From positions 1-5,605 of IMG/VR virus record IMGVR_UViG_3300035492_000268: a stretch of DNA of 5,605 bases, one strand, 5' to 3'. Positions 1 through 5,132 of the stretch are shown piece by piece (position 1 is the stretch's first letter; each line of letters starts with the position of its first letter). Below the pieces are notes generated by a model. That model did no database searches, was not told where the DNA came from, and saw only the letters and a list, made by a program, of their open reading frames with translations. The translations under genes were made by a program, and so were the position numbers. Origin of the DNA: a virus.

Positions 1-127
1 GGATGATCAAGTAACACGCTGATCTGGGGCCTCCGGGCCCCTTTTTTTTTGAGGGTTCCCCGTCCATGGAACAGTTGTATCTGCTTGCGATGTTTTGCGT
101 TGGCGCTGCCTCTGCGTTTCTCGTTTT
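1..127. repeat. Terminal direct repeat, copy 1 (identical to 5479-5605)
   Basis: A base-by-base comparison of 1-127 with 5479-5605 shows identity, including the T9 run. It contains the last 4 codons plus stop of the coat gene (3-14), the terminator, and the start of the 24-aa mini-ORF. Confidence 0.97.
26..50 (+). terminator. Rho-independent terminator downstream of the major coat gene (first copy)
   Basis: Perfect 6-bp GC stem GGGGCC (26-31) / GGCCCC (36-41) with loop TCCG, followed directly by T9 (42-50). It lies 12 nt after the coat gene stop codon. Confidence 0.85.
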
Positions 128-140
128 CAGTGGGTGGTGA
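66..140 (+). CDS. Hypothetical 24-aa hydrophobic mini-protein (MEQLYLLAMFCVGAASAFLVFSGW), possible minor virion or membrane protein
   Basis: ATG at 66 is preceded by GAGGG (51-55). The product is almost entirely one hydrophobic helix. Its TGA (138-140) lies 2 nt before the ATG of the pIII-like gene, and its last codons carry that gene's SD-like GGTGGTGA. It is too short for statistical support. Confidence 0.3.
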   Translation: MEQLYLLAMFCVGAASAFLVFSGW

Positions 141-142
141 CC

Positions 143-1618
143 ATGCGGTTCGCTCTGCTGTTGCTCACGTTTATGGCCGCGCCTGTATTCGCTGTGGACT
201 ACTACTGGCAGGTCCAGGGTGTTAGTGGTCAGTTCCCGTCCGCAATGGAGGCGTGCCGCGCCGCCTATCCTGCGCCCGTAGTCGGCAAATATGAGACCGC
301 GACACTCGATGGTTTTTCCGATGATCCCGGCTCGTCGAACCCGTCGTATTTCCAGTGCGACATCAAACACACCTCCAACACCAATTTGTGGGAACCCTAT
401 TACACCTACGTCCCGCTGTATCGCTGGGGTGACGGCTGTCCTGCAGGAACCACATACGACGAGCAAACCGGTGGGTGCCCGGTTACTAGCGAGCCAAACG
501 GCGAGGCCTGCGAAATTGAGGGTCAAACGCCGCTGACGGGGTTCGGATTCATTCGTGACGCATCAGGGCAGTGCGTCGATTACGCGCGGGCCGATCTGCC
601 CAGTCAGTGCCGTGCGCTCGCCAATACGTCGGGGTTCACCGACGTGCGCGTCGATTTCGATTCGGACGGCAACCCGCAAACACCCCCTCCAATGGACGTC
701 GGCGGCTGTGCCGGTCAGGTGGTGACGGTTGAACATTGCGAAATGGCCCCTCAGCGCTGCCAGAACGGTTTGTGCATGCAATCGAGCAGCAATCGGTGCC
801 GCGTCGCTGTTTCGTTCAACGGGGAGGTCGCGGGCGATTCGTCGCCGCTGGTGATCAAGGGGCAGGACGGCTCCGAAGAGGGCATTTGCCCTCCGGGCGA
901 AAACTGCGATCCAGAACCCGCGCCCGTCCAGAAAGAAGAGCAGCCGTGCAATTACGTTGAGGACGGCGAGGGCCGCATGGTCTGTTCGGCAACAAAATGG
1001 ACGGCAGAACCGGGTCAGCAATCGTGCGGAACAGTCAACGGCAAATTCGATTGCTACGGTCGTGCGCCAACGTCGAACGGCATTCAGATCGACACCAAAA
1101 TCGAAACGAAACCGAACGCTACGGGTGGCACGACCACCACGAAAACCGACACCCACACGCAAACAATTTGCACGGGGGCGAACTCGTGCACGACCACGAC
1201 CACGGTTACTGTCAACCGCACGGACAAAAACGCTGCCGGCGAAACGACAGGCCAGTCCAGCACCTGTACCGGCCCAAAATGCGCAGGTACTGGCAAAACG
1301 GACTCTGACGGTGATGGGCTTGAGGATGAACCGGACGAACCGGGGTTCGTTCCGCCCGAGGCCGGCGACGAGGTGGGGGGATTTGGCGAATCCGCTCAGG
1401 AGTTTATGACGCGGCTCGAATCCGCTCCAATCGTTTCGGGCGTCTCTGGCATCAGTGTTCCGGGCGGCGGGTCATGTTCATTCCCGAGCGCTCAAACGGC
1501 CATTGGCACGATCTCTATGGATTCGTTTTGCGATCTCGCGTCGGTGCTCGACAACCTGCGCGGCGTGTTTCTCGCCGTCTGGGCGCTCGCGGCTGTGCGC
1601 GTTCTGATGTCTGCGTAA
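143..1618 (+). CDS. pIII-like minor coat / host-adsorption protein (491 aa precursor)
   Basis: The ORF is open from 95. I prefer ATG 143 (SD-like GGTGGTGA at 133-140) because it yields a canonical signal peptide, MRFALLLLTFMAAPVFA|VD. The mature protein has 24 Cys by my count and a Thr-rich linker (about 1118-1300). It also has an acidic DSDGDGLEDEPD motif (1301-1336) and a C-terminal hydrophobic anchor GVFLAVWALAAVRVLMSA. It sits between the coat terminator and the pVI/pI-like genes. Confidence 0.8.
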   Translation: MRFALLLLTFMAAPVFAVDYYWQVQGVSGQFPSAMEACRAAYPAPVVGKYETATLDGFSDDPGSSNPSYFQCDIKHTSNTNLWEPYYTYVPLYRWGDGCPAGTTYDEQTGGCPVTSEPNGEACEIEGQTPLTGFGFIRDASGQCVDYARADLPSQCRALANTSGFTDVRVDFDSDGNPQTPPPMDVGGCAGQVVTVEHCEMAPQRCQNGLCMQSSSNRCRVAVSFNGEVAGDSSPLVIKGQDGSEEGICPPGENCDPEPAPVQKEEQPCNYVEDGEGRMVCSATKWTAEPGQQSCGTVNGKFDCYGRAPTSNGIQIDTKIETKPNATGGTTTTKTDTHTQTICTGANSCTTTTTVTVNRTDKNAAGETTGQSSTCTGPKCAGTGKTDSDGDGLEDEPDEPGFVPPEAGDEVGGFGESAQEFMTRLESAPIVSGVSGISVPGGGSCSFPSAQTAIGTISMDSFCDLASVLDNLRGVFLAVWALAAVRVLMSA

Positions 1619-1630
1619 TGGGGGTGTGAC

Positions 1631-1906
1631 GTGGGTGAAATGCTGTCTGATTTCGCAAAATGGCTGGCCGACCTGCTGCTCTGGGTGCCGCGCAAGCTCT
1701 GGGCTGAACTGCTAGACGGTTTGGCGTCCATCGTCGAGGCGATCCCTGTGCCTGATTTCGTTTCGACGGCGCAGTCGGCGTTTGCCTCTATACCGTCGAG
1801 CGTGTTGTTTTTCGCTGACAAATTCGCGGTCGCTGAGGGTGTTGCGATGATTCTCGCCGCCTACGGACTGCGGTTTGTCATCCGCCGTATTCCGCTGATT
1901 GGGTGA
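1631..1906 (+). CDS. pVI-like small membrane / minor coat protein (91 aa)
   Basis: GTG at 1631 lies 6 nt after GGGGG (1620-1624); ATG 1640 is an alternative start. The protein has amphipathic or hydrophobic helices (LADLLLWV, GVAMILAAYGLRFVI) and a basic C-terminus. Size and position between the pIII-like and pI-like genes match gVI of filamentous phages. I expect a DUF2523-type hit but did not test this. Confidence 0.7.
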   Translation: MGEMLSDFAKWLADLLLWVPRKLWAELLDGLASIVEAIPVPDFVSTAQSAFASIPSSVLFFADKFAVAEGVAMILAAYGLRFVIRRIPLIG

Positions 1907-1909
1907 CGT

Positions 1910-3112
1910 ATGGCGATCGACGCATATACCGGCCTGCCGCGTAGCGGCAAATCGTATTCGGTCATCAAAAACGTGGTGTTGCCATCGCTGCGCGAGGGTC
2001 GCCATGTGTACACCAACATTCCGTTGACGGACGTTCTCACCGGCGAGTTTCCGGACCAGTGCCACCAGCTCGGGTCGGACTGGTTCACTGATAAAGAGCT
2101 TTTCCAGAAAATGCCGCACGGGGCTGTTGTCGTTCTGGACGAACTCTGGCGACGCTGGCCGGCTGGCATGAAGGCGAATGCCGTTCCGTTCGAAGATAAG
2201 GAATTTTTGGCAGAGCACGGCCACTTGGTTGACGAGAACGGCAAAACCACTCGCGTGGTGCTCGTGACGCAGGATTTGGCTCAGATCGCCAGTTTCGCCC
2301 GGCAGCTGGTGGCGATGACATATCGCACGACGAAACTCGACGCCGTGGGTGCCAAAAACCGTTTCCGGGTTGACGTTTATCAGGGGGCTGTCACGGGGCA
2401 GAAACCCCCGGCTGCGCAGCTGATCCGCTCTACGTTTGATCAATACGAAGAGTCGGTTTACCGCTATTACCGCAGCAGCACCAAATCTCAGACCGGCGAC
2501 GTGGGTGACGAATCTCGGGCGGACAAACGAGCGAACATTTGGCGGTCGCCGTTCATCATTTTTTCGATGGTCGCACCTGTCCTGCTGATCCCGTTGTTGC
2601 TGTGGTATATCTCGGGCCTGTTCAGTTCAGGCATTGGCGTTGCTGACAAGGCGTCGGCGGCGTCGTCTCACGAATCGGAGTTGGTAAACCCACCACCGCC
2701 ATCGGCCCAGCCGATACCGCAGCCAGCGGTTCAGGTCGTTGAGGTTCCTCGCGGGCCGGTCGAGTCTGGCATCTGGCGCGTTGTCGGTTCCATTCAGCGT
2801 GATGTGCCAGACGCTCACGCCATGGGCGATCAGGTAATTTTGAGGTCTGTTTACGGTGCCCTGCGATACGTCGCCACGACCGACTGCGACCAGTATCAGG
2901 ACGGGATCAATTGGACGTGCGAGATCGACGGCCAACTGGTCACACCCTGGACGGGAAACGGGTCATCAACGGGTTGGGCATCTGACGGAACGCAACTGGT
3001 TGCCAGGACTGCCAGCGTTGCGAGCGGAGCGACCAACGTCGGCAGCACTGGCAACCATAGCGCACCGCCGTCCTCCGCTCCGGTAAACCCTGCCCCGCCC
3101 GGAGTGCTCTAA
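1910..3112 (+). CDS. Zot / pI-like phage assembly P-loop ATPase (400 aa)
   Basis: N-terminal Walker A GLPRSGKS (1931-1954) and Walker B-like VVVLDE (2126-2143). A single TM helix FIIFSMVAPVLLIPLLLWYISGLF (2552-2623) is followed by a tail of about 160 aa with Pro-rich stretches (NPPPPSAQPIPQP). This is the architecture of the Zot family (PF05707). Confidence 0.93.
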   Translation: MAIDAYTGLPRSGKSYSVIKNVVLPSLREGRHVYTNIPLTDVLTGEFPDQCHQLGSDWFTDKELFQKMPHGAVVVLDELWRRWPAGMKANAVPFEDKEFLAEHGHLVDENGKTTRVVLVTQDLAQIASFARQLVAMTYRTTKLDAVGAKNRFRVDVYQGAVTGQKPPAAQLIRSTFDQYEESVYRYYRSSTKSQTGDVGDESRADKRANIWRSPFIIFSMVAPVLLIPLLLWYISGLFSSGIGVADKASAASSHESELVNPPPPSAQPIPQPAVQVVEVPRGPVESGIWRVVGSIQRDVPDAHAMGDQVILRSVYGALRYVATTDCDQYQDGINWTCEIDGQLVTPWTGNGSSTGWASDGTQLVARTASVASGATNVGSTGNHSAPPSSAPVNPAPPGVL

Positions 3113-3121
3113 TGCGATATG

Positions 3122-3307
3122 AGGGTCGCTAATGCTCATACATTCGGATTGGCTGAGAGTTTCCACGGAGTTGCGTATTCTCACGCTTCTTCTTCTGCGT
3201 TCATCCCCGCTTGATCTCTCGTCGAGTCAAGGGGCTGACCGGAGGCCGCAGCCACCGACACGCTTTATCGTCGGTGGACCGGGTGAGGATCAGAGCGTAG
3301 CGACCCT
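3122..3307. repeat. Long-range inverted repeat closing an intergenic structural domain
   Basis: AGGGTCGCTA (3122-3131) is the exact reverse complement of TAGCGACCCT (3298-3307). The pairing extends across a small bulge to GCTC (3134-3137) / GAGC (3293-3296). The enclosed segment contains two further hairpins. Confidence 0.5.
3252..3277. other. Perfect 8-bp stem hairpin in the intergenic region
   Basis: CCACCGAC (3252-3259) / GTCGGTGG (3270-3277) with the 10-nt loop ACGCTTTATC. It is a candidate ori or packaging hairpin in the ssDNA form. Confidence 0.5.
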
Positions 3308-3428
3308 TGACCCTCCCCGACCCGCTTAACCTCCGCTAGGGAGAGCAGGGGACGCCTTTCCCCCTGCGCTCCCGCCGCGTCGCAAGCGAGACCCGCCGGA
3401 GGCGCTTTTCGCCTTTGTGTTGCCTTTT

Positions 3429-3449
3429 CTACTCCGCGCGAGTAGTTTT
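3429..3449 (+). terminator. Weak terminator-like hairpin upstream of rep
   Basis: CTACTC (3429-3434) / GAGTAG (3440-3445) with loop CGCGC, followed by TTTT (3446-3449). The stem is short and the T-tract modest. An A8 run follows at 3459-3466. Confidence 0.3.
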
Positions 3450-3542
3450 CTCGGGACGAAAAAAAACGCGCCACCCCGTTCCCAGCAGATAGCGCGCTCT
3501 CTAGACAAGACGCAGGATAGATAGGAACGGCGGACGGCGCAA

Positions 3543-4553
3543 GTGCCACTTGCAACGGAACCCGCACCTGTGTCGTACATTCCCCCGCTTTCCCCGCTCG
3601 ATTTCCTGTCGCGCGATCAGCTCCGCCAATATGTTGCCAATCGTCGGGCTGACGCGATCAGCCGCGAAGCGGCGCAAGCGCCCGAAGGGCGCGGGCTTGT
3701 CCATATAAAAACAACTGGAACGCCCGTTAAAAAAACGCCCACGATCTGCCAGCGGCCGAGCTGTGAAACCGGAGTGCCGCAGCCGCATGAGTGGGGCTGC
3801 AGCATTCCGACCAAAACGTGGCCGGTCGACGAAAACGCCATCGAGATTGACCAACAGGCTATGCGCCTGCGCCGCCTGAAAAAAAACGTGATCACGACGG
3901 CTCGCATGCACTCCAGGGCGATGCAAAATCGCCAGCACCACGCGCTCATGGTCACGCTGACCTATCGGCCCGGTGTCGACTGGCAGCCTGAGCATGTTTC
4001 CGAGTACATCCGGCGCGTGCGGCAGTGGTACAAGCGCAAGGGGCATGTGGTCCGTTACGTCTGGGTTCTGGAGCTCACCAAAGCGGGGCGCCCGCATTAC
4101 CATTGCCTGTTCTGGCACCCTGCCGGCCGTGGCCTCTCCATGCCGAAAGCGGATCGTCGCGGCTGGTGGCCACACGGCATGACTCGCACCGAACGTGCAC
4201 GGAACGCGGTGGGATATCTGGCCAAATATGCGTCGAAAGGGACGGACGATGTGATGCCGAAAGGGGCTCGGCTTTACGGCGTCGGCGGCCTGTCCATGGC
4301 TCACCGTCTCGAACGTGCGTGGTGGAACCTCCCGGTCACGGTGCGTCGTTGGGGATTTCCTGCTGACCGTTGGCGGCGATCGTCTGGTGGCGGCTGGGTC
4401 TGCCGGGCGACCGGCGAGCACCGCGACCCGTGCTGGCGGGTGATTCTGCACGGATATCGGGTATTCGTCGTTCCACGTCAGCAACCCACGCGGTCACCAT
4501 TTGATGAACTGCTGTCATCATTGGCGTGCCCGTGGCAACGCATGCCAATTTGA
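3543..4553 (+). CDS. Rolling-circle replication initiator, HUH superfamily with a two-tyrosine motif (up to 336 aa)
   Basis: Motif 1 is MVTLTY (3948-3965). Motif 2 is HYH in RPHYHCLFW (4095-4103). Motif 3 is VGYLAKYASK, with Tyr codons at 4215-4217 and 4227-4229. The start is uncertain. The ORF opens at GTG 3543 with only a weak SD, the first in-frame ATG is at 3861, and others lie at 3906 and 3921. Confidence 0.88.
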   Translation: MPLATEPAPVSYIPPLSPLDFLSRDQLRQYVANRRADAISREAAQAPEGRGLVHIKTTGTPVKKTPTICQRPSCETGVPQPHEWGCSIPTKTWPVDENAIEIDQQAMRLRRLKKNVITTARMHSRAMQNRQHHALMVTLTYRPGVDWQPEHVSEYIRRVRQWYKRKGHVVRYVWVLELTKAGRPHYHCLFWHPAGRGLSMPKADRRGWWPHGMTRTERARNAVGYLAKYASKGTDDVMPKGARLYGVGGLSMAHRLERAWWNLPVTVRRWGFPADRWRRSSGGGWVCRATGEHRDPCWRVILHGYRVFVVPRQQPTRSPFDELLSSLACPWQRMPI

Positions 4554-4596
4554 ATCGCCGGTGCAGATCATCGTCGTCGAGTTTCAGTGATTTCAT
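4336..4596 (-). CDS. Ribbon-helix-helix (Arc/CopG/MetJ-type) transcriptional regulator, putative phage repressor (86 aa)
   Basis: The N-terminus MKSLKLDDDDLHRRFKLACVATGTPMMTAVHQMVTAWVAD fits the RHH pattern: a short beta strand, helix A, a G-x turn and helix B. A strong SD, GAGGGGGG, lies 3 nt before the ATG (complement of 4594-4596). It is divergent from the structural operon promoter. The C-terminal half is low complexity and antisense to rep. Confidence 0.7.
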   Translation of the reverse strand: MKSLKLDDDDLHRRFKLACVATGTPMMTAVHQMVTAWVADVERRIPDIRAESPASTGRGARRSPGRPSRHQTIAANGQQEIPNDAP

Positions 4597-4609
4597 GGGC
4601 CCCCCTCTG

Positions 4610-4624
4610 CTGAACTCTGTTCAG
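4610..4624. promoter_or_regulatory. Palindromic candidate operator in the leader of the RHH gene
   Basis: CTGAAC-TCT-GTTCAG (4610-4624) lies 14 nt upstream of the RHH start codon on the minus strand. A third GTTCA half-site is at 4659-4663. Confidence 0.4.
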
Positions 4625-4670
4625 TGTGGGCGATTTTTTGACCGGGATCACACGAAAAGTTCACAAGTGT

Positions 4671-4710
4671 AAAAAAAGAGTTGACACTTCGTTTCGGGGC
4701 GTTCTACTTT
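4671..4710 (+). promoter_or_regulatory. Candidate sigma70-type promoter of the ssDNA-binding/coat operon
   Basis: Consensus -35 TTGACA (4681-4686) is preceded by an A7 UP-like tract (4671-4677). Candidate -10 elements are TACTTT (4705-4710, 18-nt spacer) or CTACTT (17-nt spacer). It lies about 55 nt upstream of the ssDNA-binding gene start. Confidence 0.5.
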
Positions 4711-4718
4711 TCGCCCCG
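4695..4718. promoter_or_regulatory. GC-rich inverted repeat bracketing the putative -10
   Basis: CGGGGCG (4695-4701) / CGCCCCG (4712-4718) has a 10-nt loop containing TTCTACTTTT. It could be an operator, or an attenuator for read-through from rep. Confidence 0.35.
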
Positions 4719-4743
4719 TTGCAATTTCTACTCTGCTCAAAAT

Positions 4744-4753
4744 TCACATGTGA
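4744..4753. promoter_or_regulatory. Perfect 10-bp palindrome overlapping the ribosome-binding site of the ssDNA-binding gene
   Basis: TCACATGTGA (4744-4753) overlaps GAGG (4752-4755). TCACA half-sites also occur at 4648-4652 and 4661-4665. Confidence 0.4.
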
Positions 4754-4764
4754 GGTTTTCCACA

Positions 4765-5046
4765 ATGCCACGAATTGAAATCGAGTCCACGCAGATCAAG
4801 GAGCGGTCGGGTAAATCCGAACGTACCGGCCGTGAATACAACATCCGCGAGCAGCAGGCGCTCCTGTTCAAGGCAGGCTCTCGCTATCCCGACAAAATCA
4901 AAATTACGCTCGACGAGGATGCTCGCCCGTACCCGGTCGGCGTTTATGAACTCGATGACGAGTCGTTCTACCCGTCTCGTTACGGCAGCCTCGAGGTTCG
5001 CCCCGTGCTGGTCCCGGTGGCGGCAGCCGTTAAGGCCGCGTCGTGA
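4765..5046 (+). CDS. pV-like single-stranded DNA-binding protein (93 aa)
   Basis: I chose ATG 4765, which has GAGG 9 nt upstream, over the ORF-track TTG at 4681, which coincides with the -35 box. The product is small and beta-rich, and resembles the Pf3/Ff gene V type: IEIESTQIKERSGKSERTGREYNIREQQALLF...PYPVGVYELDDESFYPSRYGSLEVRP. It lies directly after rep and before the coat module. Confidence 0.78.
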   Translation: MPRIEIESTQIKERSGKSERTGREYNIREQQALLFKAGSRYPDKIKITLDEDARPYPVGVYELDDESFYPSRYGSLEVRPVLVPVAAAVKAAS

Positions 5047-5132
5047 TGTGGGCCGCGACCATCAATCTTGCGATCTGGGTCGGCGTCTGTTTCGTCGTCT
5101 GCGTCGTCGTGCGTGATTGGGCGCGGTCATGA
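5046..5132 (+). CDS. 28-aa hydrophobic mini-protein, pVII/pIX-like candidate (MWAATINLAIWVGVCFVVCVVVRDWARS)
   Basis: Its ATG overlaps the upstream TGA (TGATG at 5044-5048), and AAGG lies 10 nt upstream. It has a single TM helix and a basic tail. Its stop overlaps the next start as ATGA (5129-5132). Size and position match the small minor coat genes of filamentous phages. Confidence 0.5.
   Translation: MWAATINLAIWVGVCFVVCVVVRDWARS

Larger units (their letters stand above)
3113..3542 (+). other. Large intergenic region; candidate replication origin(s) and packaging signal
   Basis: This is the only long stretch without a convincing gene. It lies between the assembly gene and rep, as in Ff-type phages. 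It is dense in inverted repeats (3122-3131/3298-3307, 3210-3231, 3252-3277, 3429-3445). It also has short direct repeats: GACCC x3 at 3302-3323, and AGATAG at 3487 and 3519. Confidence 0.55.

Noticed and set aside
1-127. Terminal repeats as biological direct repeats (att sites, LTR-like ends or a tandem prophage junction)
   Set aside because: The repeat cuts through the coat gene and the mini-ORF at arbitrary points, and there is no flanking non-phage DNA. Its length equals a common maximum assembler k-mer. Circular-contig overlap is the simplest explanation.
95-142. TTG start at 95 for the pIII-like gene, as given in the ORF track
   Set aside because: It would add 16 residues (MRWRCLCVSRFQWVVT) in front of an otherwise canonical signal peptide. 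ATG 143 has an SD-like sequence and gives a normal n-h-c signal.
291-1409. Several alternative-frame and antisense ORFs inside the pIII-like gene (291-536, 563-1162, 736-960, 957-1409, 997-1308, 1084-1296)
   Set aside because: All are nested in a gene with a clear signal peptide, anchor and modular design. Their translations are Arg/Pro-rich or repetitive and lack start-site context.
1712-2443. 243-aa and 129-aa minus-strand ORFs antisense to the pVI-like and Zot-like genes
   Set aside because: The Zot frame on the + strand has unambiguous Walker motifs. The antisense products are Arg-rich and featureless, so they are most likely GC-driven spurious ORFs.
3105-3150. Possible XerCD dif-like attP or tRNA-derived attachment site after the Zot-like gene (CTAATGC direct repeat, ATACATT, TTCGGATT)
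   Set aside because: There is no 11-6-11 arrangement with inverted GCATAA/TTATG-type arms, only short partial matches. The TTCGGATT segment has no flanking T-stem. I could not support an att site by eye.
3879-3887. A8 run containing the slippery heptamer A_AAA_AAC inside rep (plus A7 at 3729-3735) as a programmed -1 frameshift or slippage site
   Set aside because: I found no obvious downstream stimulatory hairpin. The -1 frame adds only about 35 codons and the other frame stops after one codon. The Lys-rich sequence (LKKN) is a sufficient explanation. It would be worth a look only if read data show length heterogeneity here.
3501-4484. 327-aa minus-strand ORF antisense to nearly the whole rep gene
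   Set aside because: The product is Arg/Pro/Ala-rich and low complexity, with no motifs. It is the kind of stop-free antisense frame that GC-rich coding sequence generates. It has no convincing SD, and it would also overlap the RHH gene.
4681-4764. TTG start at 4681 for the ssDNA-binding gene, as given in the ORF track
   Set aside because: The TTG is the first half of a consensus -35 TTGACA. The added 28 residues are not protein-like, and ATG 4765 has a well-spaced GAGG.
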